Positions 10,320 through 21,441 of a DNA stretch of 64,000 bases are shown here, in pieces; within the stretch, counting starts at the first letter, position 1; each line of letters starts with the position of its first letter. Source of the DNA: Candidatus Latescibacterota bacterium (GTDB lineage Bacteria > Latescibacterota > UBA2968); assembly GCA_965262145.1 (NCBI GenBank), contig OZ253501.1:4952268-5016267 (forward strand). Reading direction: 5' to 3'. The position numbers and the translations under genes were made by a program. The notes below the pieces were generated by a model. It made no database searches, was not told the DNA's origin, and saw only the letters and a program-made list of their open reading frames with translations.

Positions 10320-11372
10320 ATGAAAATCGCCGTTCTCATTTCCGGTGGTGTCGATAGTTCGGTGGCTTTGAATATATTGCAAAATGAAGGCCACAATCTG
10401 ACGGCATTTTATCTCAAAGTATGGCTCGAAGACGAACTCGCTTTTTTGGGGGAATGTCCCTGGGAAGCCGACCTGAAATTTGTCCGATCCGTATGTGGCC
10501 AACTCGATGTACCACTGGAGATAATCTCCCTCCAATCGGAATATCTCGAGCGCGTAGTATCTTATGCACTCGACGAACTGCGCGCTGGACGCACACCCAG
10601 TCCAGATATATTTTGCAATCAGCGGATTAAATTCGGTGCATTCTTTGACCACATTGACAGCAGCTATGAAAAAGTGGCAACCGGGCATTACGCACAAATC
10701 GCACAGTGCAACGGGACTTTTCATCTCAAACGCGCACCCGACCCCGTCAAAGATCAGACGTATTTCTTATCGGGCATGTATCAATCACAGGTCGCGCGGG
10801 CATTATTTCCCATCGGAAACATGATGAAACGCGAAGTGCGGCAATTGGCGCGGGATTTTGACCTGCCAAATCAAGCGCGAAAAGACAGCCAGGGAATATG
10901 CTTTTTAGGCAAAATCAGATACCCGGACTTTATCGCATTTCACCTGGGCGAAAAAAAAGGCGATATTATCGATAGAGAAACCGGACAAATTCTGGGACCT
11001 CATCGGGGCTACTATTATTACACAATCGGACAGCGGTATGGCCTGGGATTGAGCGGTGGACCCTGGTACGTCGTACAAAAAGATGTTGAACGCAACATCA
11101 TCTTCGTATCCCACGCCACGAGACACAAAAACGCATTGCGGAACCAATTTGTCGTGACAAATCCCAATTGGATTGCAGAACCACCTGAAAAAACCGCCCT
11201 GCAATTAAAACTGCGCCACGGCCCAGAATTGATCAACTGTGAAATCGAGGCAATGGATAACGACCGATTATCCGTAACCATAGCAGAAAAAGATTCCGGC
11301 ATTGCGCCCGGACAATTCGCCGTATTTTACGATGGCGATCTCTGCCTCGGCAGTGCGGTAATCGACCACTGA
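10320..11372 (+). CDS. mnmA: tRNA 2-thiouridine(34) synthase
   Basis: SGGVDSS, RTPSPDIFCN, ATGHYA, KDQTYFL, DSQGICF, GQR, PGQ motifs. Confidence 0.96.
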   Translation: MKIAVLISGGVDSSVALNILQNEGHNLTAFYLKVWLEDELAFLGECPWEADLKFVRSVCGQLDVPLEIISLQSEYLERVVSYALDELRAGRTPSPDIFCNQRIKFGAFFDHIDSSYEKVATGHYAQIAQCNGTFHLKRAPDPVKDQTYFLSGMYQSQVARALFPIGNMMKREVRQLARDFDLPNQARKDSQGICFLGKIRYPDFIAFHLGEKKGDIIDRETGQILGPHRGYYYYTIGQRYGLGLSGGPWYVVQKDVERNIIFVSHATRHKNALRNQFVVTNPNWIAEPPEKTALQLKLRHGPELINCEIEAMDNDRLSVTIAEKDSGIAPGQFAVFYDGDLCLGSAVIDH

Positions 11373-11397
11373 AACGAGAGAGCATAGGGAAACCAAC

Positions 11398-12342
11398 ATG
11401 AACAAAGTAGGACTGGTTCAGCATCCCGATTTTCAAAAGCATGACACCGGAGGCGCACATCCCGAGCGCCCTGAGCGATTACAAACACTACATGCCCATC
11501 TGGATGCAACGGGCCTGACAAAAGACCTCATAACACTTGAACCCAGACATGTCGATACGTCCTGGTTGGAAAAAGCGCACACGCCCGAGCATATTGCAAA
11601 TGTGAAAGCGCGATGTACGCAAGGCATCACCTATATGGATGATTTTGACACCAGGATATGTCCGCTATCTTTTGACATTGCCCGACTCGCTACTGGCGCG
11701 ACATTTGAAGCGATTGACGCGGTTATGAACGCGCGCGTACACACGGCTTTTTGTGCCGTGCGTCCCCCCGGGCACCATGCCGAACGCGATCACGCAATGG
11801 GATTTTGTCTATTTAGCAACGCGGTCATTGCATCGCGATATATTCAAGAAACATATTCTCTGGAACGCATAGCAATTGTAGATTGGGATGTACATCACGG
11901 CAATGGCACACAGCACATTTTAGAAACCGATCCCTCAGTATTCTTCTTTAGTATCCACCAATACCCCCATTATCCCGGCACAGGACGATCAGACGAAACC
12001 GGTATTGGCGCGGGAGAAGGATTCACCTTAAATGCACCCGTACCTGCAGGCAGCGATGACGCAGTGTATTTGCGTATATTCGACGACGTATTTTTGCCCG
12101 CTATGCATGTCTTTAAACCACAATTTGTCATTATCTCCGCTGGATTTGACGCGCACCGGTCCGACCCCTTGTCGGCCACTCAAGTGACAGAATCCGGTTT
12201 TGCCGAAATGACAAAGCGCGTAATGGCTATCGCAAAAGATCACGCAGATGGACGGCTAATTTCTGTCCTGGAAGGTGGATATGATCTGGGCGGCCTATCG
12301 CGCAGCGTCGAATCCCATATAAAGGAACTAATGAATGGGTGA
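11398..12342 (+). CDS. Histone deacetylase family protein
   Basis: HPERP, RPPGHHA, GFC, DWDVHHGNGTQ, SAGFDAH, LEGGY motifs. Confidence 0.95.
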   Translation: MNKVGLVQHPDFQKHDTGGAHPERPERLQTLHAHLDATGLTKDLITLEPRHVDTSWLEKAHTPEHIANVKARCTQGITYMDDFDTRICPLSFDIARLATGATFEAIDAVMNARVHTAFCAVRPPGHHAERDHAMGFCLFSNAVIASRYIQETYSLERIAIVDWDVHHGNGTQHILETDPSVFFFSIHQYPHYPGTGRSDETGIGAGEGFTLNAPVPAGSDDAVYLRIFDDVFLPAMHVFKPQFVIISAGFDAHRSDPLSATQVTESGFAEMTKRVMAIAKDHADGRLISVLEGGYDLGGLSRSVESHIKELMNG

Positions 12343-13225
12343 TACGAAAAAAACAATTGTCGCATTTCAAGGTGAACACGGTGCATTCAGTGAAATGGCC
12401 GCGCGTTCGTACTTTGGCAAAGATGTCGAAGTCGTACCGCAACGCGATTTTTCAGCCCTGTTCGCGGCTGTCGCACAAGGAGAGTGTACGCACGGCATAG
12501 TACCAATTGAAAATTCATTAATGGGCAGCATTCACGAAAATTACGATCACCTATCGGCGCACCATTTACAGATCATCGGCGAACTGAAATTGCGCATCGT
12601 ACACAATCTAATTGTAAATCCAGGAGTGAAATTAGAAGATATCCGCCATATCTATTCCCAGGCACCTGCACTGGCTCAGTGTACGCAATTCACTGCATCT
12701 CTATCGCAGGCCGAAACAGTTATGACCTCCGATACCGCAGGAGCAGTGAAAGCATTGAAAACATCGGGCGCACGCGATGCGGCTGCAATAGCGAGTGCCC
12801 AGGCGGCCTGGGATTACGATCTGGAAATTTTGCAAACGGGCATTGAAGACGACCATCAAAATTACACGCGATTTTTGGTCGTCACATCCGAAGCGCTATC
12901 ACTTGAAAATTCAGACATCGAAATGCCCGCAAAAACATCAATCGTATTCGCCATGAAAAATGTGCCCGGTGCATTATTTAAGAGTCTGAGCGTATTTGCA
13001 TTGCGCGACCTCAATCTGCTCAAAATCGAATCTCGCCCCCTTGCGGGCAAACCCTGGGAATACGCCTTCTCGCTCGACTTTGAGGGCCATATCCGCCAAG
13101 AACCCTGCACCCGCGCCATTGAACACCTGCGCGAAATCGCCACCTTTGTAAAAATTCTCGGTTCTTATCGACAAGGTGACATGGTCGAAGGCAAAGTTTG
13201 GAAAGACGTAAAACGTAAGACGTGA
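12335..13225 (+). CDS. pheA: Prephenate dehydratase
   Basis: FQGEHGAFS, PIENS, NYTRF, ACT-domain KIESRP. Confidence 0.95.
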   Translation: MGDTKKTIVAFQGEHGAFSEMAARSYFGKDVEVVPQRDFSALFAAVAQGECTHGIVPIENSLMGSIHENYDHLSAHHLQIIGELKLRIVHNLIVNPGVKLEDIRHIYSQAPALAQCTQFTASLSQAETVMTSDTAGAVKALKTSGARDAAAIASAQAAWDYDLEILQTGIEDDHQNYTRFLVVTSEALSLENSDIEMPAKTSIVFAMKNVPGALFKSLSVFALRDLNLLKIESRPLAGKPWEYAFSLDFEGHIRQEPCTRAIEHLREIATFVKILGSYRQGDMVEGKVWKDVKRKT

Positions 13226-13260
13226 AAGGTCCCCCTCTCACCTTCTTTTAAGGATTTTAC

Positions 13261-15387
13261 ATGGCAAGCCAAAGATACGAAAATCTGTATGCACAAATAG
13301 AAACAGCACTGAGAGAAAAACCAAGACGCACGCAGCTATACAACGCAGTCAAACGAGCGCGAGATGCACGGCGCACAGCGATTGATATTTTGCCACAAGG
13401 AGAGGCATTTCGCAAAGAAGTCCGCGAAATCAAAGTGCGGTGTCTGCACAAGCTGGACGACCTGGTCAATCAATTTGCAGCGAAAGTCGAATCGCGCGGA
13501 GCAAAGGTCTTTCTCGCAAAAGACGGTGCCGCAGCAATCGACTATATCTTGAAACTATCAGCAGAGAAAAACGCCAAAACAGTGGCAAAATCAAAATCGC
13601 TAACAAGCGAAGAAATCGAAGTCAACCACCCAATGGAAGACGCGGGCCTGGAGGTAGTTGAGACCGATCTCGGCGAGCTTATTATTCAAAAAGTCCACGA
13701 AAAACCATTCCATCTCGTATTTCCCGCCGTCCATAAAACCGCCGTTGAAGTAGCCGAAATATTTAAAAAAGCAACGGGTGAGGATGTGCCCAGCGATGTG
13801 GATGCGATTATGAAAGTCGTGCGCAAATACCTGCGACCGATTTTTCTCAATGCCGATATCGGCATGACAGGCGCGAACGTGGGCGTTGCCGAATCGGGCA
13901 CAATTCTGATCGAGACCAACGAAGGCAATGCCCGTCTGGTATCGAGCATTCCCGATGTACACATCTGCATTATGGGACGCGAAAAAGTAGTGGAAACAGT
14001 AGAAGATGCATTGCAAATGATGTTGGCACATCCGGTCAGCGCAGTCGGCCAACATACGACAACCTACGTGACGTGGATGAGTGGCAGATCACCTCTGGGC
14101 GATGGCGATGGGCGAGCACCGCGGGAATCGCATATCATTATCCTGGACAATGGTCGCACCAGGATGCAAAAAGACCCCCTGTTTTCCGACGCACTCAACT
14201 GCATCCGCTGCGGCGCCTGTATGAATATCTGCCCGACCTATGGCGTCGTCGGCGGCCATGCATTTGGATACATATACCCCGGACCGATTGGCATACCGTG
14301 GACGGCTGAAGTTCACGGCTTAGATAAGGCGGGCGACTTCGCGCCGCTGTGTATCTCGTGTGGATTGTGCAAAGAAATATGCCCGGCAGAAATCGATATC
14401 CCGATGATGATTGCCGGGGTAAAAGACCGCGATAGCGAAGTGAACCCACATCCGCGCGTCAACAAAATGCTGATGGCCGCTGAAAAAGCCGCAAAAATGG
14501 GCAGTTTGACGGCACCCATATCCAATTGGATGATAGGCAATGGACTGGTGCGATGGATAATGGAAAAAGCAATGGGCATTGATCGGCGGCGCCAGCTACC
14601 CAAATTCAGCCGAAAAACACTCGTGAAACGCTTCGCAAAACGCGGGCCATCTCCCGTATCAAATCCCGTTCGCAAGGTGGCCTTTTTTACAGACCTATTT
14701 GCCAATTACAACGATCCGGACCTGGGAATGGCGGCAATTGAACGCCTGGAGGCACTCGGTTGCGAGGTCATCATCCCACCGCAGAAAAGCAGCGGATATC
14801 CCTATATCGGCTATGGCGACCTGAAAAATGCGAAAAAAACTGCGCGAGAGAACGTGGATCTCCTCTTACCCTATATACAGCAGGGCTATGAGATTGTTGC
14901 AACAGAACCCACGGCAACATATTGCCTGAAAATTTCATACCCCAAGTTGCTCGATAAAGCAGACGATGTCGTCTCTGTCGCCGATCACACGTATGAGTTT
15001 TTCGAATTTCTATCCCTGCTCGAAAGCGATATTGCAAATGGAGAGCAAGAGACCCTGCGCGGACGAGCATTTGGATTCCACATCCCCTGCCACCAGCGCC
15101 CTCTGGGTGCGGGTGAACACGCAATGGCATTTTTGCGCCAGCGCGGTGCAGACGTCGCCCTCATCGAAACAGGCACCTGCTGTGGTATGGCGGGAACATT
15201 TGGCCTGAAAGTGGGACCCCTCGGTTACGAACTCGCACAGGCCGTTGGAGAGCCACTCTTCGAAAGTTTTCGCGAAGCCGATGTAGAAGCCATCATAACA
15301 GAAAGCAGCGTGTGCGCCATCCACCTGTCAGAAGGAACCGATCTCGAAGTCTGGCATCCGTTAAATCTGCTTCGTCTCCTGGAGTAG
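13261..15387 (+). CDS. LUD-domain (LutB/LldF-like) 4Fe-4S protein fused to GlpC-like CCG domains
   Basis: VETDLGE, NEGNARL, CIRCGACMNICP, CISCGLCKEICP, HIPCH, CCGMAGTFG motifs. Confidence 0.88.
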   Translation: MASQRYENLYAQIETALREKPRRTQLYNAVKRARDARRTAIDILPQGEAFRKEVREIKVRCLHKLDDLVNQFAAKVESRGAKVFLAKDGAAAIDYILKLSAEKNAKTVAKSKSLTSEEIEVNHPMEDAGLEVVETDLGELIIQKVHEKPFHLVFPAVHKTAVEVAEIFKKATGEDVPSDVDAIMKVVRKYLRPIFLNADIGMTGANVGVAESGTILIETNEGNARLVSSIPDVHICIMGREKVVETVEDALQMMLAHPVSAVGQHTTTYVTWMSGRSPLGDGDGRAPRESHIIILDNGRTRMQKDPLFSDALNCIRCGACMNICPTYGVVGGHAFGYIYPGPIGIPWTAEVHGLDKAGDFAPLCISCGLCKEICPAEIDIPMMIAGVKDRDSEVNPHPRVNKMLMAAEKAAKMGSLTAPISNWMIGNGLVRWIMEKAMGIDRRRQLPKFSRKTLVKRFAKRGPSPVSNPVRKVAFFTDLFANYNDPDLGMAAIERLEALGCEVIIPPQKSSGYPYIGYGDLKNAKKTARENVDLLLPYIQQGYEIVATEPTATYCLKISYPKLLDKADDVVSVADHTYEFFEFLSLLESDIANGEQETLRGRAFGFHIPCHQRPLGAGEHAMAFLRQRGADVALIETGTCCGMAGTFGLKVGPLGYELAQAVGEPLFESFREADVEAIITESSVCAIHLSEGTDLEVWHPLNLLRLLE

Positions 15388-15442
15388 AGCACATCCTGTC
15401 CTGAAATTATAAACAATGGGTGTAATCCTTTTTTTTATACAC

Positions 15443-15479
15443 TTGCATTTTAATACAAGTGTATTATATTAGTAATACA
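15443..15479 (+). promoter_or_regulatory. Sigma70-type promoter overlapped by a YtrA/GntR-type operator
   Basis: TTGCAT at 15443, TATATT at 15465; palindrome TGTATTA-N6-TAATACA at 15460-15479. Confidence 0.7.
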
Positions 15480-15505
15480 GTAATTCACTTATAAGAGAAT
15501 ACCTC

Positions 15506-15901
15506 ATGTTGATCTCGATTGACCATCACAATGGCATACCCGTTTTTCGCCAGATTATCGACCAGGTGAAATTCCACGTAGTCAGCGGGCTACTCGCGCC
15601 GGGTGACGAGTTGCCCTCAACCCGTGCATTATCGGGGCAACTGGGACTCAACCCAATGACAGTGAGCAAGGCATATAGCTTATTGGAAGCAGAGGGGTTA
15701 GTCGAGCGGCGACGCGGGCGACCTTTAACCGTAAAACCACTACGCGATCAAATCGTACACGCTGAAAAACTGGCACAACTCAAACCACAACTCACGCAGT
15801 TAGCAACAATGGTACGGCAGTTGGGGGTTGATCGGGCGGAAGTCGTAGATCTTTTCACATCCATCTTAGATGCCCTGGAGGAAGATAATCATGATACCTG
15901 A
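15506..15901 (+). CDS. GntR family regulator, YtrA subfamily
   Basis: PVFRQI..LPSTRALS..LNPMTVSKAY; short (131 aa); followed by an ABC ATPase start. Confidence 0.9.
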   Translation: MLISIDHHNGIPVFRQIIDQVKFHVVSGLLAPGDELPSTRALSGQLGLNPMTVSKAYSLLEAEGLVERRRGRPLTVKPLRDQIVHAEKLAQLKPQLTQLATMVRQLGVDRAEVVDLFTSILDALEEDNHDT

Positions 15902-16355
15902 TCACACACCTGTATTTGAAGCCACATCTTTGACCAAAAAGTTCGGTGACACCATAGCTCTCAATTCCGTAACACTCTCTCTTGGAGCGCATCGCGTAAT
16001 TGGATTGATCGGACGAAATGGCGGAGGCAAAACCACCTTAATCCGGCACATGATGAGAATACTTTGTGTCCTTGGGTGGTGGGTCGTTCTTTTACCGATG
16101 TTGCAGTGGTTGCAAGTCAAATATGACCTGTGTGGATTTCAAAGAACACGGCAACAGATAGGTGGAATAGTTTTTCTGATCCTAGTCCTGATTTTGTCTT
16201 TTGTATTCACTGGTTTTACCAGTCTGATGCGTGTCCGATATCCCGATTTGATGCTGACCTATGAAGCACCGATCCTTCTCGTCTCTTTTATTCTCTTGCA
16301 ATGGTTTCTTTTGGCTCGGCTCAAACGGTATTATGCGACACAGGACCTGGTTTAG
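15891..16355 (+). pseudogene. Internally deleted ABC transporter: ATPase N-terminus fused to a permease C-terminus
   Basis: Walker A GRNGGGKTT, then three hydrophobic helices with no Q-loop, LSGGQ or Walker B. Confidence 0.7.
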
Positions 16356-16615
16356 GTCAAAAGTCTTCTTAATTGTGCCTAAAAACAAATAATAGGACTA
16401 AAAGCATAATTATGCCAAAATTATGCATATAAGCATTTGTTTTTTCATCGGTTTTTTAATTTTTTATACACGTTAATAGCGTTTAATAACTTTTGGAGCA
16501 GGTTATCCATTCTTGTGACTTCACCATATCATTCTTCAAAGGTCGTAAGTTTTTGCTGCAAATGAACAGAACAGCGCTTACGGCCTTTTGTTTTACCTCT
16601 GGACGTATAACGTAT

Positions 16616-19600
16616 ATGTTTGAAAACGGCACAATTCTCGACAACAAATATCAAATCCAGGCGCACCTGGGAACCGGGGGCATGGGCGAAGTCTATCGGG
16701 TTTTGGACTTGGAACAATCCCGGCCTTGCGCGCTCAAAATTTTGAATAAAATGATGGATCAGAAGGTTGTGCATCGCCGTTTTCACAGAGAATTTCAAGT
16801 GTCGAACAGGTTCCAGCACCCGCGCCTGGTACGCACATACACCTGGGGCTTTGCCGAAGGTCGCCCCTATTTTACAATGGACTATTTACCCGGCAAGACA
16901 TTGGAAAAAATTATTGCCGATCAAGCACTATTAGCGCGATTCCGGGCGTCTCACTTTTTTGCTCTGGTACAACAACTTGCCGAGGGAATGGCCTATATCC
17001 ACGCGCAGGGAGCGGTGCATCGCGATCTCAAACCATCCAATATTATGGTTTTGGAAACAGAAGAGGGGATTGAGACCACAATTCTGGATATGGGACTGGC
17101 GAAACTCCGGCATCTGCATAGCGGTTCCATTACGCAGACGGGCGCAGCTATTGGTACGGCAGAATATATGTCGCCAGAGCAAGGTAAGGGATTGTGCGTG
17201 GATCATCGGTCTGATTTGTATGCATTGGGCATAATTTTATATGAGATGCTCACGGGCGCACCGCCCTTTTCTGGACAAAACCCAGTATCCGTTATTCTTA
17301 AGCATATTCGAGAGTCACCGCCACCAATGAGCGAAGTCAATATCGCGGTTCCCGAACAGATAAAACAAATTGTGTTGAAGTTGCTGGCAAAGGGGGCTGT
17401 TGATCGTTTTCAGTCGGCAGAGGAAGTGTTGCGTGCCTTACCATCGGAGTTTGTGCTACCAGGTGACGAGCAGCGCGATGTGCATAGAAAAGTCATGCGC
17501 CCACAATTTGTCGGGCGCGAATCCGAAATGAAGATACTGGGGGCGATGTTACAGGATGTACAGGCTGGCAAACAGCGCGTAGTTCTGATCTCCGGTGAGG
17601 CAGGGGTGGGAAAATCGAGATTGGTTGAAGAACTATTGGGCGATGCTCTGATCCATGACTTTCTGTGTTTGAAAGGCGCATCTCAGGAAGAGGGTGGACA
17701 AATATACGGTGCGTTGATCAGTGCTTTTCAAGGGACGGTGGATTTGATGGCGGGGTTGCCCGATTCAGCAGAAATGGACAAGTTTTCTGTTATGGAGCGT
17801 TGGTTGCAGGTGCTAAAACGTCTGCGACAGAAAAAACCCATTGTGTTGTGTTTGGAAGACATTCAATGGCTGGATGAATTGACATTGGAATTTTTACAGT
17901 ATGTGTTGCGCGATCCAGACCCGTGTCCATTTTTGTTATGCCTGACCTGTCGATGGTCTAACCTGGAACCTATTTCAGAGGAAATTGAAAAATTTATACA
18001 CAGCAATGCATTTTCTGAAGCGACCCTAATCCAGTTGAAAAATCTACCACAAAAAGAAGTGGAGTATTTAGCAGCATCAATGTTGGGTGAAAGATCCATA
18101 CCGCGAGATGCATTACAATCCCTGTTCAGTGAAACAGGTGGGCAACCCCTGTTTGTCGTGGAGGCTATGAGGACGCTGGTGAATGCCGATGTGGTTCGGC
18201 AGAATATATCCGGCCATTGGCAATGGGGAGAATTTCCCGAAACTTTGTTGTCCGATGATTTTTCAGAGGTTTTGTACAGGCGCATAGCTACCCTGCCTGC
18301 TGTACAACAGCGGGTGCTGGAATACGCCTGTGTTTTTCTGGGCGATTTTTCTTTTGAATTATTGGCTGCTATTTGGCGCGGTGATGAGTTGGAACTACTG
18401 GATATACTGGACGAATTGATTGCAGAAGGACTTTTGGCTACTTGTGGAGAGGATGAAGAGCGGTATCGATTTTCACAGGAGTTGTGTCGGCGTGCAGTTT
18501 ACAATCGTATGCAAAATGTACGCCAACGGCTGTTGCACCGAGAAATTGGAAATGCTTTGGAAAAGACGGAACATGCAGAAGAACTGACGGAAGAATTGGC
18601 GGATCATTTCGCGGCAGCAGGAGAACAAGATAAAGCTGTGAAATATATGCGTCGGGCAGGCAAAAAGGCATTGGAGACACAAGCGTACCGCCAGGCATTG
18701 AGACGGTTTGAAACTGTGCAAGACTGGGCAATGTATGACGCTTTTGTATCACCTGCAGATGCAATCAACTTTTTGTGCGATTATGCAGATGCGCTACGCA
18801 ATTGTGGTCAGCACAATAGCGCACTGGAACTTTTAGATGAGGCACAGGCGTTATTGCCCGATGATCGGAACGATTTGAAAGCGCGTATTTTGTGGATTGA
18901 AGGTGGTATTCATAGTTTAGACCGACGTGGAGGCATTGCAGAAGAATGTATGCTGGAGGCATTGCGGCTTTATCGTGAACTGGGTGATTTTGAAGGTGAA
19001 ATTCAGGCGTTGGGAGGTTTGGCTTATTTGTGCGATGTGTCTGGACGGCACAAAGATGCTATTGCATATATGCGTCGAGAAATAGAGAAACGTAGTATGC
19101 TGGGAGACCCGCAAAATGAGGCTTTTATACAAGGACGAGAAGGTCAAGCTGCATTGGTGGGATTTCGATTTGAGACAGCTAAGGGATATTTGGAAACTGC
19201 TGTAAAGACATTTAGGCAACTTGGGCTTGCGCATCATCGCCTTTGGGCACTTAATTTACTTCAAAGAGTTTATTTTTATCTGGGTGAACGTGATCGTGCG
19301 GAAGGAGTTTGCCATGAAGTCATTGGTGAGTGGCAGAAGCGAGGCGTTGTTTACTGGGAGGCAGTGAATTGCCTCTATCTGGGAGAATTGGCTCTGGAAC
19401 GCGGTGATTTTGCCGAGGCATTGGAATATGCCGAGACCTCAGCAGAGCGATTTTTGGAAACACCGCGAAAAGATTATGTCTATCGCGCTTATGCGATTGC
19501 AGCAACGGCTGCTGCGAGAATGAGAGATACAGAAGTAGCACTTGAATGGGCAAAAAAAGCCAGTGAAAGTGTGCAACAAACATCCGAAATGTACACGGGC

Positions 19601-21430
19601 ATATTGCCTCTGGTGTATTGTGGTATTGGTGTTGCTTTTGCTCAAGCAGAGCGGATTTCTGAGGCTGAAGAGGTGTTTGAGCAGGCTATTGAATGCCGAA
19701 GAGAATCCAAAGGCGACCACTGGGCGCGTGCGCTGCTGATGGTAGGAGAATTTTATCTCGAGCGAAATGATATGGCAAAAGCTCAAGAGTATCTTGAAGC
19801 AGCAAAACAGGCGTTTGGAGAAATGGAAATGTCCTATTTTTTGGAGAAAACAGAGGTGTTATTAAATCAATTATCTCGCGACAAAGATGATCGCGGCAAG
19901 GATGCCGCTCCAACCCCCAGTTCTGAGATTTTAGTTGATACGTTGTCTGTTGATCGCTTGCGCTTGCTCTACGATGTGAGCCGGGAATTGACCACAGAAC
20001 GCGATGTCAAAGTGCTATTGGATCGGACTTTGGGTAATTTGTTGGCTGTCTATCCAGCAGAGCGGGTGCTTGTTGCAATTAAAAATGAGACCCAAAAAGG
20101 CTTTGTGATTGATGCGGTGCGCCACCACAATTTAGAATCGGATGATGCAGAAGAATTGAGTCGAGGTATTATTCGTCGGGTTATCGAAACAAATGAACCC
20201 GTTTTGAGCATTGATGCCCAGACAGACGACAGGATCAATCGGTATCAGAGCGTGATAGACTACAATATTCGGTCTGTATTGTGTGTGCCTGTATTCCATC
20301 TGAACGAAGGTGTGATGGGTGCCCTATATGTAGATCATCGCGGCCTGGGCAACGCATTTTCTCAAGAAGATCAGACGTTTTTACAGTCATTTGCAAATCT
20401 GGTGGGGGTTGCACTGGTCAATGCGAGGATGTACGAACAATTGGAAGAGAAAGCACAATATTTGCAGCAAGAGGTCGAAAGACGGTACCAGCTTGGCGAT
20501 CTGTTTGGGCAAAGTGATGCCATGCAGGCCATCTACTATCTTATCGAACGCGCTTCACAAAGTGATATTCCCGTGCTTGTGCAGGGCGAAACAGGTACGG
20601 GCAAAGAATTGGCTGCGCGTGCCATACACTACAATAGTACACGCAAAGACCAGCGATTTTTGTCGCAAAATTGCGCTGCTCTTTCACCAGAGTTGTTGCA
20701 AAGTGAGTTGTTTGGGCACAAAAAAGGGGCGTTTACTGGGGCGACTGAAAATCACATTGGGATTTTTGAGGAGGCCAATGGAGGCACGGTCTTTTTAGAT
20801 GAAATCGGAGATGCCTCGCCACAGTTGCAAAGGAGTTTGTTGCGGGTGTTGCAAGAAGGAGAGATCCGGCGCGTGGGAGAAACAGAGGATCGGGCAGTGG
20901 ATGTACGCATTATTGCAGCAACCAATCGAGACTTAAAACAGGAAGTTGAGAAAGGCTCGTTCCGCGAAGATTTGTATTATCGGTTGGATGTGATTCAGAT
21001 CGATATGCCGCCTTTGCGAGAACGCATGGAAGATGTGCCGTTACTGGCCAAACATCTGCTCATTCGGGCAAGAGAAGATGCAAACAAGTCGGTTGGCGGG
21101 CTGACAGTGGGTGCGATAAAAGCCCTCACAAGTCACGACTGGCCGGGTAATGTGCGCGAGTTGGAAAATAAAATTCGACGTGCGGTTGTATTGGCAGAAG
21201 AAGATAGTGAAATTACGCCCGATTTGTTTTCAGAAACTGTCGGTCACGCGGTGTCAGATGTCTCTGTCGAATACCAGGGGCGTTTACAAGACCATGTTCA
21301 GGAGTATGAGAAACGGTTGATTCGAGACGCACTCGATAAATACGAGGGCAATATTACCCATACAGCCAGAAAGTTGGGGATGACACGCGCTGGCCTACAA
21401 AAAAAGATCAATCGTTTGAGGTTGAGATAG
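16616..21430 (+). CDS. Ser/Thr kinase - AAA ATPase - TPR - GAF - sigma54 enhancer-binding protein with Fis HTH
   Basis: GTGGMGEV, HRDLKPSN, GEAGVGKS, TPR helices, GAF SVLCVP, GETGTGKE, GAFTGA, WPGNVREL, C-terminal HTH; exact start codon uncertain. Confidence 0.92.
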   Translation: MFENGTILDNKYQIQAHLGTGGMGEVYRVLDLEQSRPCALKILNKMMDQKVVHRRFHREFQVSNRFQHPRLVRTYTWGFAEGRPYFTMDYLPGKTLEKIIADQALLARFRASHFFALVQQLAEGMAYIHAQGAVHRDLKPSNIMVLETEEGIETTILDMGLAKLRHLHSGSITQTGAAIGTAEYMSPEQGKGLCVDHRSDLYALGIILYEMLTGAPPFSGQNPVSVILKHIRESPPPMSEVNIAVPEQIKQIVLKLLAKGAVDRFQSAEEVLRALPSEFVLPGDEQRDVHRKVMRPQFVGRESEMKILGAMLQDVQAGKQRVVLISGEAGVGKSRLVEELLGDALIHDFLCLKGASQEEGGQIYGALISAFQGTVDLMAGLPDSAEMDKFSVMERWLQVLKRLRQKKPIVLCLEDIQWLDELTLEFLQYVLRDPDPCPFLLCLTCRWSNLEPISEEIEKFIHSNAFSEATLIQLKNLPQKEVEYLAASMLGERSIPRDALQSLFSETGGQPLFVVEAMRTLVNADVVRQNISGHWQWGEFPETLLSDDFSEVLYRRIATLPAVQQRVLEYACVFLGDFSFELLAAIWRGDELELLDILDELIAEGLLATCGEDEERYRFSQELCRRAVYNRMQNVRQRLLHREIGNALEKTEHAEELTEELADHFAAAGEQDKAVKYMRRAGKKALETQAYRQALRRFETVQDWAMYDAFVSPADAINFLCDYADALRNCGQHNSALELLDEAQALLPDDRNDLKARILWIEGGIHSLDRRGGIAEECMLEALRLYRELGDFEGEIQALGGLAYLCDVSGRHKDAIAYMRREIEKRSMLGDPQNEAFIQGREGQAALVGFRFETAKGYLETAVKTFRQLGLAHHRLWALNLLQRVYFYLGERDRAEGVCHEVIGEWQKRGVVYWEAVNCLYLGELALERGDFAEALEYAETSAERFLETPRKDYVYRAYAIAATAAARMRDTEVALEWAKKASESVQQTSEMYTGILPLVYCGIGVAFAQAERISEAEEVFEQAIECRRESKGDHWARALLMVGEFYLERNDMAKAQEYLEAAKQAFGEMEMSYFLEKTEVLLNQLSRDKDDRGKDAAPTPSSEILVDTLSVDRLRLLYDVSRELTTERDVKVLLDRTLGNLLAVYPAERVLVAIKNETQKGFVIDAVRHHNLESDDAEELSRGIIRRVIETNEPVLSIDAQTDDRINRYQSVIDYNIRSVLCVPVFHLNEGVMGALYVDHRGLGNAFSQEDQTFLQSFANLVGVALVNARMYEQLEEKAQYLQQEVERRYQLGDLFGQSDAMQAIYYLIERASQSDIPVLVQGETGTGKELAARAIHYNSTRKDQRFLSQNCAALSPELLQSELFGHKKGAFTGATENHIGIFEEANGGTVFLDEIGDASPQLQRSLLRVLQEGEIRRVGETEDRAVDVRIIAATNRDLKQEVEKGSFREDLYYRLDVIQIDMPPLRERMEDVPLLAKHLLIRAREDANKSVGGLTVGAIKALTSHDWPGNVRELENKIRRAVVLAEEDSEITPDLFSETVGHAVSDVSVEYQGRLQDHVQEYEKRLIRDALDKYEGNITHTARKLGMTRAGLQKKINRLRLR

Positions 21431-21441
21431 ATATTAAACAG

